Assembly (NCBI GenBank): GCA_964202905.1
Contig: CAXNJO010000010.1
Coordinates: 20,228 to 84,227, forward strand
Reading direction: 5' to 3'
Length of the DNA: 64,000 bases
Source: Polyangiales bacterium
GTDB taxonomy: Bacteria > Myxococcota_A > Polyangia > Polyangiales > JADJQN01
The notes under the pieces are model-generated. The model was not told the origin of the DNA. It made no database searches and saw nothing but the letters and a program-made list of their open reading frames with translations. The first letter of the stretch is position 1. Each line of letters opens with the position of its first letter. Below, in pieces: positions 39,398-48,209 of this stretch. The position numbers were made by a program, and so were the translations under genes.

Positions 39398-40339
39398 GTG
39401 ACCGCGCCGGGCTTCCTGCTGCTCGCGAACCCGGCCGCGGGCGCAGGGCGCGCACGGGCGCGGCTCGCCGGCCTCGAGCGCCTGCTGCGTGCACGCGGCG
39501 CGCGGTTCGAGGTCGCGACCACCGATCGCCGCGGTCACGCGACGGACCTGACGCGGCGAGCGCTCGCGCGGGGCGTCGCAGGCGTCGCGGTGCTCGGCGG
39601 CGACGGCACGTTCAACGAGGCGGTCAACGGCTTCTTCGGGCCGGACGGCGCACGCCTCGGCGAGGGCGCGTGGCTCGCGCCGCTGCCCGCGGGGACGGGC
39701 GGCGATTTCCGGCGCGCGGCCGCGCTGCGCGACGATCTGCCCGGCATGGTCGACGTGCTGCTCGGCACGGCGGCCCGCCCGATCGATTGCGGCTGGCTGT
39801 CCTTCGTCGACGACGATGGCGCGCCGCGGCAGCGCGCCTTTCTCAACATCGCGAGTTTCGGCATGGGCGGCGTCGTCGATCGCGCCGTGAACCGCGCGCC
39901 GAAGTGGCTCGGCGGGCGCGCGACCTTCTTCCTCGGCACGCTGCACGGGCTGCGTACGTACACGAACCGGCCCGTGCGCGTCGTGCTCGACGACGGCCCG
40001 CCGCGCGAGACCGAGGTCGTGAACTTCGCGGTCGCGAACGGCCGCTTTTTCGGCGGCGGGATGCAGATCGCGCCCGACGCCGCGCTCGACGACGGCCTCT
40101 TCGACGTCGTCGGCCTCGAGCGCATGACGAAGCGCGAGACGATGGCGCTCTCCCGCACGATCTACCGGGGCGCGCACCTCGGCACACGCGGCGTCACCGT
40201 CGCGCGGGCGCGGCGGGTCCACGCCGAGCCGCTCGACCCGCGCGGCGAACCCGTGCTCCTCGACGTCGACGGCGAGGCGCCCGGCCGCCTGCCCGCGACG
40301 TTCGAGATGCGCGCCGGCGCGCTCCTGCTCCGCGCGTGA
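39398..40339 (+). CDS. YegS/BmrU-family lipid (diacylglycerol) kinase
   Basis: ORF 38852..40339 was trimmed to GTG 39398 (VTAPGFLLLANPAAG). Matches are VLGGDGTFNEAVNG and PLPAGTGGDF. Confidence 0.8.
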   Translation: MTAPGFLLLANPAAGAGRARARLAGLERLLRARGARFEVATTDRRGHATDLTRRALARGVAGVAVLGGDGTFNEAVNGFFGPDGARLGEGAWLAPLPAGTGGDFRRAAALRDDLPGMVDVLLGTAARPIDCGWLSFVDDDGAPRQRAFLNIASFGMGGVVDRAVNRAPKWLGGRATFFLGTLHGLRTYTNRPVRVVLDDGPPRETEVVNFAVANGRFFGGGMQIAPDAALDDGLFDVVGLERMTKRETMALSRTIYRGAHLGTRGVTVARARRVHAEPLDPRGEPVLLDVDGEAPGRLPATFEMRAGALLLRA

Positions 40340-40361
40340 GACACGCGTACCGGATGCGCCC

Positions 40362-41913
40362 GTGAACCGACTCGTCCACCGCCTCCGCGCCGCACGTCCG
40401 TGGGTGTTCGCCGCGCTCGCCGGCGTGCTCTACGCGCTCTCCGGCCCGCCGACGGAGCTCGGCGTCTTCGCGTTCTGCGCGGGGCCCTTCCTGCTCGCGG
40501 CCGTCGAGGAGGCGCGCACGCCGACGCGCGCGGCGTACGTCGCGGCGCTCGCCGGCTTCAGCTGCAACGTCATCGTGCTCGGCTGGGTCGTGGGGCTGCT
40601 CGAGACCTTCGCGTACATGCCGCTCGTCGCCGCGCTGCCCATCGCCCTGCTGCTCTGGGCCGCGCAGTCGCTGCCCTTCTTCGCGGCGGGCGCCGTGACC
40701 TCCGCGCTCTCCGCGCGCGGCGTCGGGGCGCGGGGCGCCGCGCCGGCGTGGCTCGTGCTGCCGTTCGCGCTCTCGGCCGCGACGGTGCTCGTGCCCGCGA
40801 TCTTCCCGTGGAACGTCGGCGCCGCGACGCTGCCGCTCCTCGCCTACGCGCAGCACGCCGAGCTCGGGGGCATCGCGCTCGTCGACCTGACGCTCATGCT
40901 CGCCGGTGGCGGCCTGCTCGCCGCCGCGCGCGCGCTCCCTGCGCGCCGCCCGCGCCCCGCTCGTCGTGGGCCTGCTCGCGCTCGTCGTCCCCTTCGCGTA
41001 CGGCGGCGTGCGGATCGCGCAGCTCGAGGCCGCGCGCGAAGCGGCGCCGCCGGTGCGCGTCGGCGTCGTGCAGCCGAACATCGGCATCTTCGAGAAGCAC
41101 GACCCCTCGCTGCGCCGCGGACACCTCGCGCTGCTGCGCCGCATGACGGGGAGGCTCGAGCGCGACGGCGCGGAGCTCGTCGTCTGGCCGGAGACGGCCT
41201 ATCCGTACTTCGTGTCGCGCGAGCCCACCGCGCAGGGCGACGGCTTCGTCGCGGCGCGGGGCACGGAGATCAAGGGGCCGCTGCTCGTCGGCGCGATCAC
41301 GACGGACGGCGAGGCCCGCTTCAACTCCGCGATCGGCGTCGACGCCGACGGCCGCATCGCGGGCATCGCGGACAAGGTCGAGCTGCTCGCGTTCGGCGAA
41401 TACGTGCCGCTCTGGGACTGGCTGCCACCGCTCCGCACGTACTTCCCGTCGCGCGGGATCACGCCGGGCACAGCGCCGCGCGTGCTCACCGTCGCGGGAC
41501 GCCGCGTCGCCGTCCTCAACTGCTACGAGGACGTGCTGCCGGGCTACGCGCGGCAGCTCGCGGCGTTCGCGCCGGCGCCCGACTTCTTCGTCAACGTCAC
41601 CAACGACGCGTGGTTCGGCGACACGGCCGAGCCGCACCTCCACAACCACGTCGCCCGCCTCCGCGCGATCGAGACGCGGCGCGACCTCGTGCGCGCCGTG
41701 AACACGGGCGTCAGCGCCCACATCTCGGCGACGGGCGAGGCGCTCGTGCGCACGCAGACCTTCATCCAGACGTCGTTCGTCGCGGACGTGCGCGTGCTCG
41801 ACGGCGCGACGCCGTACACGCGCTTCGGCGATCTGCTCACGCCGTGCGGCTGCGCGCTGCTGCTCGCGCTCGCCGTCCGCGCCGCGCTCGAACGGCGCGC
41901 GCGTCTCCGCTGA
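40362..41913 (+). pseudogene. lnt: Apolipoprotein N-acyltransferase (lnt), with one frame break near 40930-40950
   Basis: The membrane N-terminal domain is in ORF 40362.. (..PFALSAATVLVPAIFPWNVG..). The CN-hydrolase domain is in ORF 40906..41913 (VRVGVVQPNI, VVWPETA, AVLNCYED, TNDAWFG). Confidence 0.88.
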
Positions 41914-41976
41914 GCAAGCGCATCGGGGAACGCTCCGGCGCGCCGCACGCCCCGAGAGGAGCGTGCGCGCCGTGCC

Positions 41977-42939
41977 TCAACGGCGCGGCGGATGCACCGC
42001 GTACAGGCGCCCGATCTCGCGCGCGTCCGCGAAGGTCTCGGCGCCGAGGCGGGCGAAGAACACCGAGGCGGCCTGGAGCGCGGCGAGCACGAGGCCCTCC
42101 GGCCCGCTGCGCCGCACGGCCCAGACCGCGCGGTCCTGCGCCGCGTCGAGCGTGCGCTCGGTGAGGTCGGTGGGCGCCGGGACGCGGGCGATCTCGAGCG
42201 CCTTCGCGAGCGCCTGGTGCGCGAGCGCGAGCACCGCGATGCGCTCGTCGAAGTCGCCACCTTCCATCTCGCGCCAGCGCGCCTTGCGCGGGCTCATCTG
42301 GCCGAGCACCGCGCGGAAGGCGTTCACCGCGTAGACCGCGGCGAGGCGACGGCGCTCCTCGTGGAGATCACGCAGGATGGCAAACGGATCGGCGCGACCC
42401 GCGTCGTCGGAGTGCTTCGCGATGATGCCGTTCACGAGGCTGAGGTGCGCCTCCGCGGAGAGGACCTCGTCCCACGCGAAGACGGCGCGCAGGTCGCGCG
42501 GCGCGCTGCTGTAGCGCTCGAAGGACACGGCGAAGTCCTGGTCGGCTGCGATCCGCTCGACGACGATCGCGCCCCACGCGCCAGTGAGACGATCGACGAG
42601 CGTGTCGGCCGGTGCGACCACCGACTGCGCCTTCACGGGCTTCGCCGCGGCGGCCTTCGCGGCGGCGCCCTCGTTCGCGGTGTGCACGCGGATGGCACCC
42701 TTCCCGGCTGCGCGCGTCTCGGCCGCACGCCCCGCGGCTGCGCGCTTCTCGGCCGCCCGACCCACGGCGGCGCGCGTCTCCGCGGCAGGCGACGCCGCAG
42801 CACGGCCCGCTGCAGCCGGGGCCGCGCGGCGCGCCGCGTCACCGCGCGCCTTCGGACGCGCCGCTCCGTCGCGCGACTGGCCGCGCCGTGCGTCGTCACT
42901 TCCCTTGCCGCGCTTCGCCCCCGGGTCGGTCGCTCGCAT
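41977..42939 (-). CDS. Hypothetical protein with a basic, Ala-rich repeat N-terminus
   Basis: ORF 41977..43380 was trimmed to ATG 42939-42937. The N-terminus has roughly 10-aa repeats (AETRAAVGRA / AEKRAAAGRA / AETRAAGKGA). The globular C-terminal two thirds has no family I recognise. Confidence 0.45.
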   Translation of the reverse strand: MRATDPGAKRGKGSDDARRGQSRDGAARPKARGDAARRAAPAAAGRAAASPAAETRAAVGRAAEKRAAAGRAAETRAAGKGAIRVHTANEGAAAKAAAAKPVKAQSVVAPADTLVDRLTGAWGAIVVERIAADQDFAVSFERYSSAPRDLRAVFAWDEVLSAEAHLSLVNGIIAKHSDDAGRADPFAILRDLHEERRRLAAVYAVNAFRAVLGQMSPRKARWREMEGGDFDERIAVLALAHQALAKALEIARVPAPTDLTERTLDAAQDRAVWAVRRSGPEGLVLAALQAASVFFARLGAETFADAREIGRLYAVHPPRR

Positions 42940-43004
42940 CGCAGACGAGAATGCCGGATCGTGCGCGGCCGTGCCAGCGGAAGGGGCGCGCCGCGCGCAC
43001 GCCG

Positions 43005-43895
43005 TCAGCGGCGGCGAAGACCGAGCAGCGTGAGCGGCTCGTCGGAGCGCGCGAAGGAGAGCGTCGCGCCCATCTCGACGTTGACCGCGGCGTGCGGCCC
43101 GTCGAGGAAGAGCCGCGCCGCGCGCATCTTGCTCACGACGCGCAACGTGTCGTCGGGCGCGACCAGGCCGCGCATGTGGCGGTAGCGGCGGCCATCCGCG
43201 AGGTAGGGCTCGCGCACGACGAACTGCAGACGCTGCGAGCCCACGGGGAGCACGCGCCCGCCCGCCGAGCGCTGCGCGGCCGTCGAGCCCGCCGCGGGGC
43301 CGACCCACAGGCCGCTCGAGCGCTGCTCCTCCTCGACGCCCGCGAAGCGAAGCAGGTAGCGCGAGGTCGCGGCCGGACACTCGTGGCAGAAGAGCGCGTC
43401 GTTGAGCACGCGGTTCGAGACCTCGGCGCCGTCGAGCTCGACGCGCATCCGCGTGAGGCGCGTCGCGCGGACGCGACCCGCGAGCGCGTCCGCGAGCACG
43501 TCGCCGAGCACGTCGCGCGTGCCGGCGCAGAAGAAGCCGACGCTGTCGCGCGGGGCGGTGTTCACGGCGATCACGGGCACGTCGGGGCCGACCGCGTGCG
43601 ACGCCCAGAGCAGCGTGCCGTCACCGCCGAGCGTCACGACGAGATCGAAGCCCTCCGCCGCGCCCACCTCCGCGCGGTAGCGGAAGACGGCGCGGGCGCC
43701 GAGCGCGCGGAGCAGCGCGCGCGCCGCCACGACCGTGCCGACGTGATCCTCGTGCGCGGCGCGGAGCCGCGCGACGGTGACGTGGCGCTCGCGGAGCAAC
43801 GCGGCGACCCGCGCCGAACGCCGCTCGCGCACGTAGATCTGAAACGCGGACTTCTTGTAGATGACGAGGACGCGCGGGCCGGTGCGGCGCGTCAC
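43005..43895 (-). CDS. nadK: NAD kinase
   Basis: GTG 43895-43893 overlaps the Nudix stop (GTGA). Matches are LVVTLGGDGTLL and a NAD-kinase-like C-terminal half. Confidence 0.85.
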   Translation of the reverse strand: MTRRTGPRVLVIYKKSAFQIYVRERRSARVAALLRERHVTVARLRAAHEDHVGTVVAARALLRALGARAVFRYRAEVGAAEGFDLVVTLGGDGTLLWASHAVGPDVPVIAVNTAPRDSVGFFCAGTRDVLGDVLADALAGRVRATRLTRMRVELDGAEVSNRVLNDALFCHECPAATSRYLLRFAGVEEEQRSSGLWVGPAAGSTAAQRSAGGRVLPVGSQRLQFVVREPYLADGRRYRHMRGLVAPDDTLRVVSKMRAARLFLDGPHAAVNVEMGATLSFARSDEPLTLLGLRRR

Positions 43896-44584
43896 GGCGT
43901 CACGCTCCGCTCGGCGAGGCGGCGCAGCGCGACCTCGGTCTTGACGTCCGCGACGCGCCCGTCGCGCACGGCCGCGAGCGCGGCGGCGAGCGGGACGAAA
44001 CACACGACCGCGTCGGCCTCGACCGGCGAGCCGTCCTCGGTGGGCGTGCCGGCCGCGCCCGGATCGACGTGCGCGACGAGGAAGTGGACCTTCTCGGCGA
44101 GCACGCCCGGGCTGAGCACCACCGCGGGGCCGAGCGCACTGAATGACGATTCAGCGACGTCGAGGCCCGTCTCTTCGAGCGTCTCGCGCGCCGCGCAGGC
44201 GCGGAGCCCCGCTTCGCCCCGCTCCTCGGGCTCGACGAGCCCCGCGGGCACCTCCCACACGACGGCGTGGGGCGACGGCTCCGCGAGCGGGAGCGCGTAC
44301 CCCGGCCGAAACGCGAGCGGGGGTCGCAGCGCGCTGCGCAGGCACACGCGCGGCGCCTCGCCCGGGCCCCCCGGCGCGACGAGCACGATCGCGACGGCGT
44401 CCATCGCGTCGCGCTCGACGAGGTCGTAGCGGTAGGGGCGGCTGAGCGCGCCGTCGGGGCGCCGATTCTGCAGCGTCACGCGGCGCAGGCGGAGAAACCC
44501 CTCGTCCCCGCGCAGCGACCCGGAGTGATCCGCGAGCACGTCGACGTCGATGCGCGGGAGATCGGGGAGGGAATCATCAGACAT
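43892..44584 (-). CDS. Nudix hydrolase (ADP-ribose pyrophosphatase-like)
   Basis: ORF 43892..45082 was trimmed to ATG 44584-44582 (MSDDSLPD). The Nudix box reads GLVEPEERGEAGLRACAARETLEETGL. Confidence 0.8.
   Translation of the reverse strand: MSDDSLPDLPRIDVDVLADHSGSLRGDEGFLRLRRVTLQNRRPDGALSRPYRYDLVERDAMDAVAIVLVAPGGPGEAPRVCLRSALRPPLAFRPGYALPLAEPSPHAVVWEVPAGLVEPEERGEAGLRACAARETLEETGLDVAESSFSALGPAVVLSPGVLAEKVHFLVAHVDPGAAGTPTEDGSPVEADAVVCFVPLAAALAAVRDGRVADVKTEVALRRLAERSVTP
44139..44154. other. Copy of the recurrent palindrome CTGAAT-GACG-ATTCAG (perfect arms), inside the Nudix CDS
   Basis: Read directly from the sequence. See the findings for the motif family. Confidence 0.5.
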
Positions 44585-44594
44585 GGTGTCGGTC

Positions 44595-45458
44595 TCAGCC
44601 CGCGGGGGGCGCGGGGACGTCGGAATCGGGCGCGGCGGGAGACGGCGAAGGCGCGTTGGGAGGGGGCGCGCCGGGCGCGTCCGACTCGGGCGCAGCAGAG
44701 CTCGGCGCGGTCGGCGCGGTCGGCACCGCAGGGACGAGCGACGCGGGCACGGGCGCAGCCAGGCGTGGCGCGCCCGGCGCGTCCGACTCGGGGGCAGCGG
44801 GCTCCTGCGGCGGAGGCTCGTCCGGCGGGGGCTCGTCCGACGGCGTGGCGTCCCAGACGAGCGCGAGGCCCGGCGCGACGTACGACTCGACGCCGCGCTC
44901 GCCCGGCCGGAGCTCCGCGCGCTGGAACCAGACGTCGACGCCGAGCCCGAGGCGCGCGCGTCCGCCGAGCGGCAGCGCGAGCCACGCGCCGAGCGCGGCG
45001 AAGAGATCCGCGTCGAGGCCCGCATCGGTCGCGCCCGCCCAGGCGCCGAGGCGCCCGCGCAGGTCGAGGCCGACCCCGCCACCGAGGGGCAGAAGCAGGC
45101 TCACGCTCGCGGCGAGGGGCATGTAGACGCGCGAGCGCACGCCGTCCGCGCTCGAGACGGCCGCGACGCCGAGCGCGCCGCCGACCCGCAGGAGGCCGAC
45201 CTCGTGGAAGAGGTCCACGATCGCCCCGGCGCCGTAATCCGCGCGCTCCGCGCCGCTCGTCGCGCTGCGGCCGTCGGGCGCGCTGCGCTCGTCGCCGACC
45301 AGCGCCACCGCGCTCACCGCGCCCGCAGGCCGCGCCTGCGCCGCGGCGGTACGAAGGGGCGGCGCACCGAGGAGGCCGAGGAGCGCGGCGGCGGCGAGCG
45401 CGGGACGGTTCCGGAGGCGGCTCGCCATGCGTCGCCGTGGTGTACGCGCGCGGGACAC
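44595..45458 (-). CDS. Secreted protein with a Gly/Ala/Leu-rich core and a Pro-rich repeat tail
   Basis: The signal peptide is MASRLRNRPALAAAALLGLLGAPPL..AAAQA (the start may be ATG 45428). The tail contains AAPESDAPGAP twice plus PPDEPPPDEPPPQEP. Confidence 0.5.
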   Translation of the reverse strand: MSRARTPRRRMASRLRNRPALAAAALLGLLGAPPLRTAAAQARPAGAVSAVALVGDERSAPDGRSATSGAERADYGAGAIVDLFHEVGLLRVGGALGVAAVSSADGVRSRVYMPLAASVSLLLPLGGGVGLDLRGRLGAWAGATDAGLDADLFAALGAWLALPLGGRARLGLGVDVWFQRAELRPGERGVESYVAPGLALVWDATPSDEPPPDEPPPQEPAAPESDAPGAPRLAAPVPASLVPAVPTAPTAPSSAAPESDAPGAPPPNAPSPSPAAPDSDVPAPPAG

Positions 45459-45536
45459 GCGGGGTCAAGGACCGCGGCAGCGCGGAGGGCGCGGCGCGCC
45501 TGCGAATAAGCACGTGGGCGCGGCGTCTCACGCGGC

Positions 45537-46901
45537 ATGACGCCCCGCTGCGCGCACGCCCCGCTCGCCCTGCTGGTCGGCCTCGCCGCCGCGCTGTGTT
45601 CGACCCGCGCGCACGCGCAGGCCGCGGCCCCCGTCGAGGCCGCGGAGTCCGCGCGGCTCTCGACGCTCTCCGGCGCCGACCGCGCCGCGCTCGCCCCGCT
45701 GCTCGCGCGCGGCCCCGTCGCGCTCGTCGAGTTCACCGAAGGCGACGCGCTCCCCGCGATCCTGCTCGCCGCGGAGGTCGACGCGCCCGCGGCCACGCTC
45801 GCCGCGGTCGTCGGGGATCCGGCGGGCTATCCGCGCTTCATGGGCGTGCTCGACTCGGTCGCGGTCACCGGACGGCACGGCGGCTCGCTCTCCTACGACT
45901 GGACGTGGCGGACCGCGATCTTCGAGCTGCGCGGCTCGAACGTGATGACCCGCGCCGAGCCGCCGCCCGGGCACCCCGAGCGTGGCTGGCGCTTCGGCAT
46001 CCGCGCGACGGGTGGCGATCTCGGCACGGGGCGCTTCCTCTGGAGCGTCCTGCCCGTCGACGACACGCACAGCCTCGTGACCCTCGCGACGCGCCTCGAC
46101 CTGCGCGACGCGAACTACCTCGCGCGGCAGATGTCGCAGGCGAGCAAGAGCGTGAACCGCTCGATCAACCTCTCGCTCGGCTTCGTGATGCTGCTCGGCG
46201 CGCGGCACGAGGCGCAGCGCCTCGCCGGTCACGCGCCCACGCGCGCGCACCGACCCGGCGACGCCCTGCCCGCGAGCGGGGTCGACCTCGATCGGCTCGC
46301 GCCGCTGCTCGCGCGCGGCGACCTCGTCGCGCTCACGCTCGACGGCGACGCCCTCGACCACGTCACCGCGATCGCGCGGACGGGCACGGCGCGCGACGTC
46401 GTCACCCCCGTCGTGACCGACCCGCGCGCGTTCGGCAGCGCGCTGATGCCCGGCAGCCAGGCGAGCGTGGTCGGCGTCGACGAGCCCGGAGATTGCGCGC
46501 CCGGCGCCGCAGACGCGCGCTGCGCCGCCCGCGGGACGCTCTTCGACTGGTCGATCGACATCCCGATCATCGGCACGCAGGGGCGCATGCGACTCACGCC
46601 CGCGGACGACGCCGGCGACGTCGTCGAGGTCGCCGGCGTGAGCGGCGCGCTGCACACGGGCCGCTGGCGGATCGAGACGCGGACGCAGCCGTGGGGCGAG
46701 GCCGTGGTCACCGCGGTCGGCCGCTTTGATCCGGGCGACACGACCTGGCTGCTCCGCGGCGTGGTGCGGAGCAGCGCGGACTTCGGCGCGGGGCTCGCCG
46801 CGGCCTCGGAGCTCATGCTCGTCCGCGCGATCCGCGCCCGCGCGATCGACGCGCAAGAGGCCCGGATCGCGGCCGCGAGCGCCGCCGTGATCGCGCAGTG
46901 A
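45537..46901 (+). CDS. Secreted protein with two SRPBCC (START/polyketide-cyclase-like) domains
   Basis: 454 aa with a signal peptide. Two similar halves each begin ..LAPLLARG(P/D)(V/L)VAL... The SRPBCC assignment comes from overall pattern only. Confidence 0.5.
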   Translation: MTPRCAHAPLALLVGLAAALCSTRAHAQAAAPVEAAESARLSTLSGADRAALAPLLARGPVALVEFTEGDALPAILLAAEVDAPAATLAAVVGDPAGYPRFMGVLDSVAVTGRHGGSLSYDWTWRTAIFELRGSNVMTRAEPPPGHPERGWRFGIRATGGDLGTGRFLWSVLPVDDTHSLVTLATRLDLRDANYLARQMSQASKSVNRSINLSLGFVMLLGARHEAQRLAGHAPTRAHRPGDALPASGVDLDRLAPLLARGDLVALTLDGDALDHVTAIARTGTARDVVTPVVTDPRAFGSALMPGSQASVVGVDEPGDCAPGAADARCAARGTLFDWSIDIPIIGTQGRMRLTPADDAGDVVEVAGVSGALHTGRWRIETRTQPWGEAVVTAVGRFDPGDTTWLLRGVVRSSADFGAGLAAASELMLVRAIRARAIDAQEARIAAASAAVIAQ

Positions 46902-46921
46902 GCGGCGCGCGGGGCGGCGCG

Positions 46922-46937
46922 CTGAATGGCCATTCAT
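46922..46937. other. Copy of the recurrent palindrome CTGAAT-GGCC-ATTCAT; TGAATGGCCATTCA is a perfect 14-bp palindrome
   Basis: It lies 21 nt after the stop of 45537..46901, in a 3'-3' intergenic region. GC flanks extend the palindrome to about 26 nt with one mismatch. Confidence 0.5.
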
Positions 46938-47044
46938 CGCGCGCGCGTCGAGCGGCACGCGGCGGGTCGTGTTCGTCGGCGCGGACGCGACGAGCGAACC
47001 GCACGCTCGTGGCCCCGGACGCGCGCTCGTCAGGGTCGCAGGCT

Positions 47045-47080
47045 GCGCGGCGCAGTCAGGGCGCGCGGCGCAGTCAGGGC
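47045..47080. repeat. Perfect 18-nt tandem duplication just beyond the PEGA gene stop
   Basis: gcgcggcgcagtcagggc occurs twice (47045-47062 and 47063-47080). A degenerate third copy follows and contains the actual stop codon (tca at 47092-47094). Confidence 0.85.
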
Positions 47081-47091
47081 GCGCGCCTCCG

Positions 47092-48138
47092 TCAGAACGT
47101 GAGGTGCGCCGAGACGCCGCCGCCGCTCGGCCCGACGACCGGGGCGATGCGGAGGCGCGCCGTCGTCGCTGCGGCCTCGCCGGCCGACGCGTCCTCGTCC
47201 TCCTCGTCGCCGGAGGCGAGCTGGAGCACGAGCGCGGTCACGAGCCCCGCGATGGCCACGCCGAAGCCCACGTCCGCGAAGAGCGCCAAGCGCTCGCCGC
47301 GGTCCGCGATCGCCTCGCTCGGCGCGGCGTCGAAGTCGCTCTGCTCCGAGAGCGCGAGGAAGCCGAGCACGGTGCCGGCGACGAGCCCGCCCGCGCCGAC
47401 ACCCGCCGCGATCCACACGCCCGCGCCCGGCCCCTCGGACTCCGCCTCCTCCGCCGCGGGCGGCGCGACGGGCTCCGGCTCAGCGGGCGTCTCCTCCACC
47501 GGCGGCGCCGCCGGACGAGCCGTGAGCGCGGGCACCGCGAGCTCCTGCCGCGCGCCGAAGCCGACGGTCACGGTCTGCGACGCGGGCTCGTAGCCTTCGA
47601 GGGAGAGCACGATCGTGTGCTCCCCCGGGGCGGCGTCGACGTCGGCGGGCGTCACACGCCCGGTGTCCGTCCCGTCGAGGCGGATCGCGGCGCCGGCGGG
47701 CTCGCTGCTCACGGCGACGACGCCCGGGCGCGTGCGCAGCTGGTCGATGCGGGCCTGCACCGCGGCGCGGTCCGGCGCGTCGGCGCGCAGCGAGAGGTAG
47801 CGCTCGAGCGTCGCGACGGTGTCGACGATGCGCCCGAGGCGCTCCTGGGACTCGGCGATGCTGATGAGCACGACGGGGTTCGGCACGCTCGCGAACGCGG
47901 CCTCGAAGCGGGCGAGCGACTCGGCAAACTTGCCCTCGCGGAACAGCGTCTGCCCTTCGCCGTAGGCTGCGCGGGCGGCCGTCGTCTGCTCGGCCGTGGG
48001 GCCCGCAGGCGCCGCCGTGCGACCACCACGGCGTTGCGCCTCCGCGCGCGACGCGCCCAGCAGCGCCGACGCGGCGAACATGGCCGCAACCACCCAAACC
48101 ATCCCGCGAGACCCCGAGCTGCGAAGCACGCCGTTCAT
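47092..48138 (-). CDS. PEGA-domain protein with a TPR-like N-terminus and a C-terminal membrane segment
   Basis: 348 aa. The PEGA-like block reads VAVSSEPAGAAIRLDGTDTGRVTPADVDAAPGEHTIVLSLEGYEP. A signal peptide and a TM helix (VWIAAGVGAGGLVAGTVLGFLAL) are present. Confidence 0.7.
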   Translation of the reverse strand: MNGVLRSSGSRGMVWVVAAMFAASALLGASRAEAQRRGGRTAAPAGPTAEQTTAARAAYGEGQTLFREGKFAESLARFEAAFASVPNPVVLISIAESQERLGRIVDTVATLERYLSLRADAPDRAAVQARIDQLRTRPGVVAVSSEPAGAAIRLDGTDTGRVTPADVDAAPGEHTIVLSLEGYEPASQTVTVGFGARQELAVPALTARPAAPPVEETPAEPEPVAPPAAEEAESEGPGAGVWIAAGVGAGGLVAGTVLGFLALSEQSDFDAAPSEAIADRGERLALFADVGFGVAIAGLVTALVLQLASGDEEDEDASAGEAAATTARLRIAPVVGPSGGGVSAHLTF

Positions 48139-48209
48139 GCGCAGGACCGTACGCGCGCCGCCCGAGGTCCGTCAACGGGCGCGCACACGAACACGCCCCG
48201 GGATATCGC

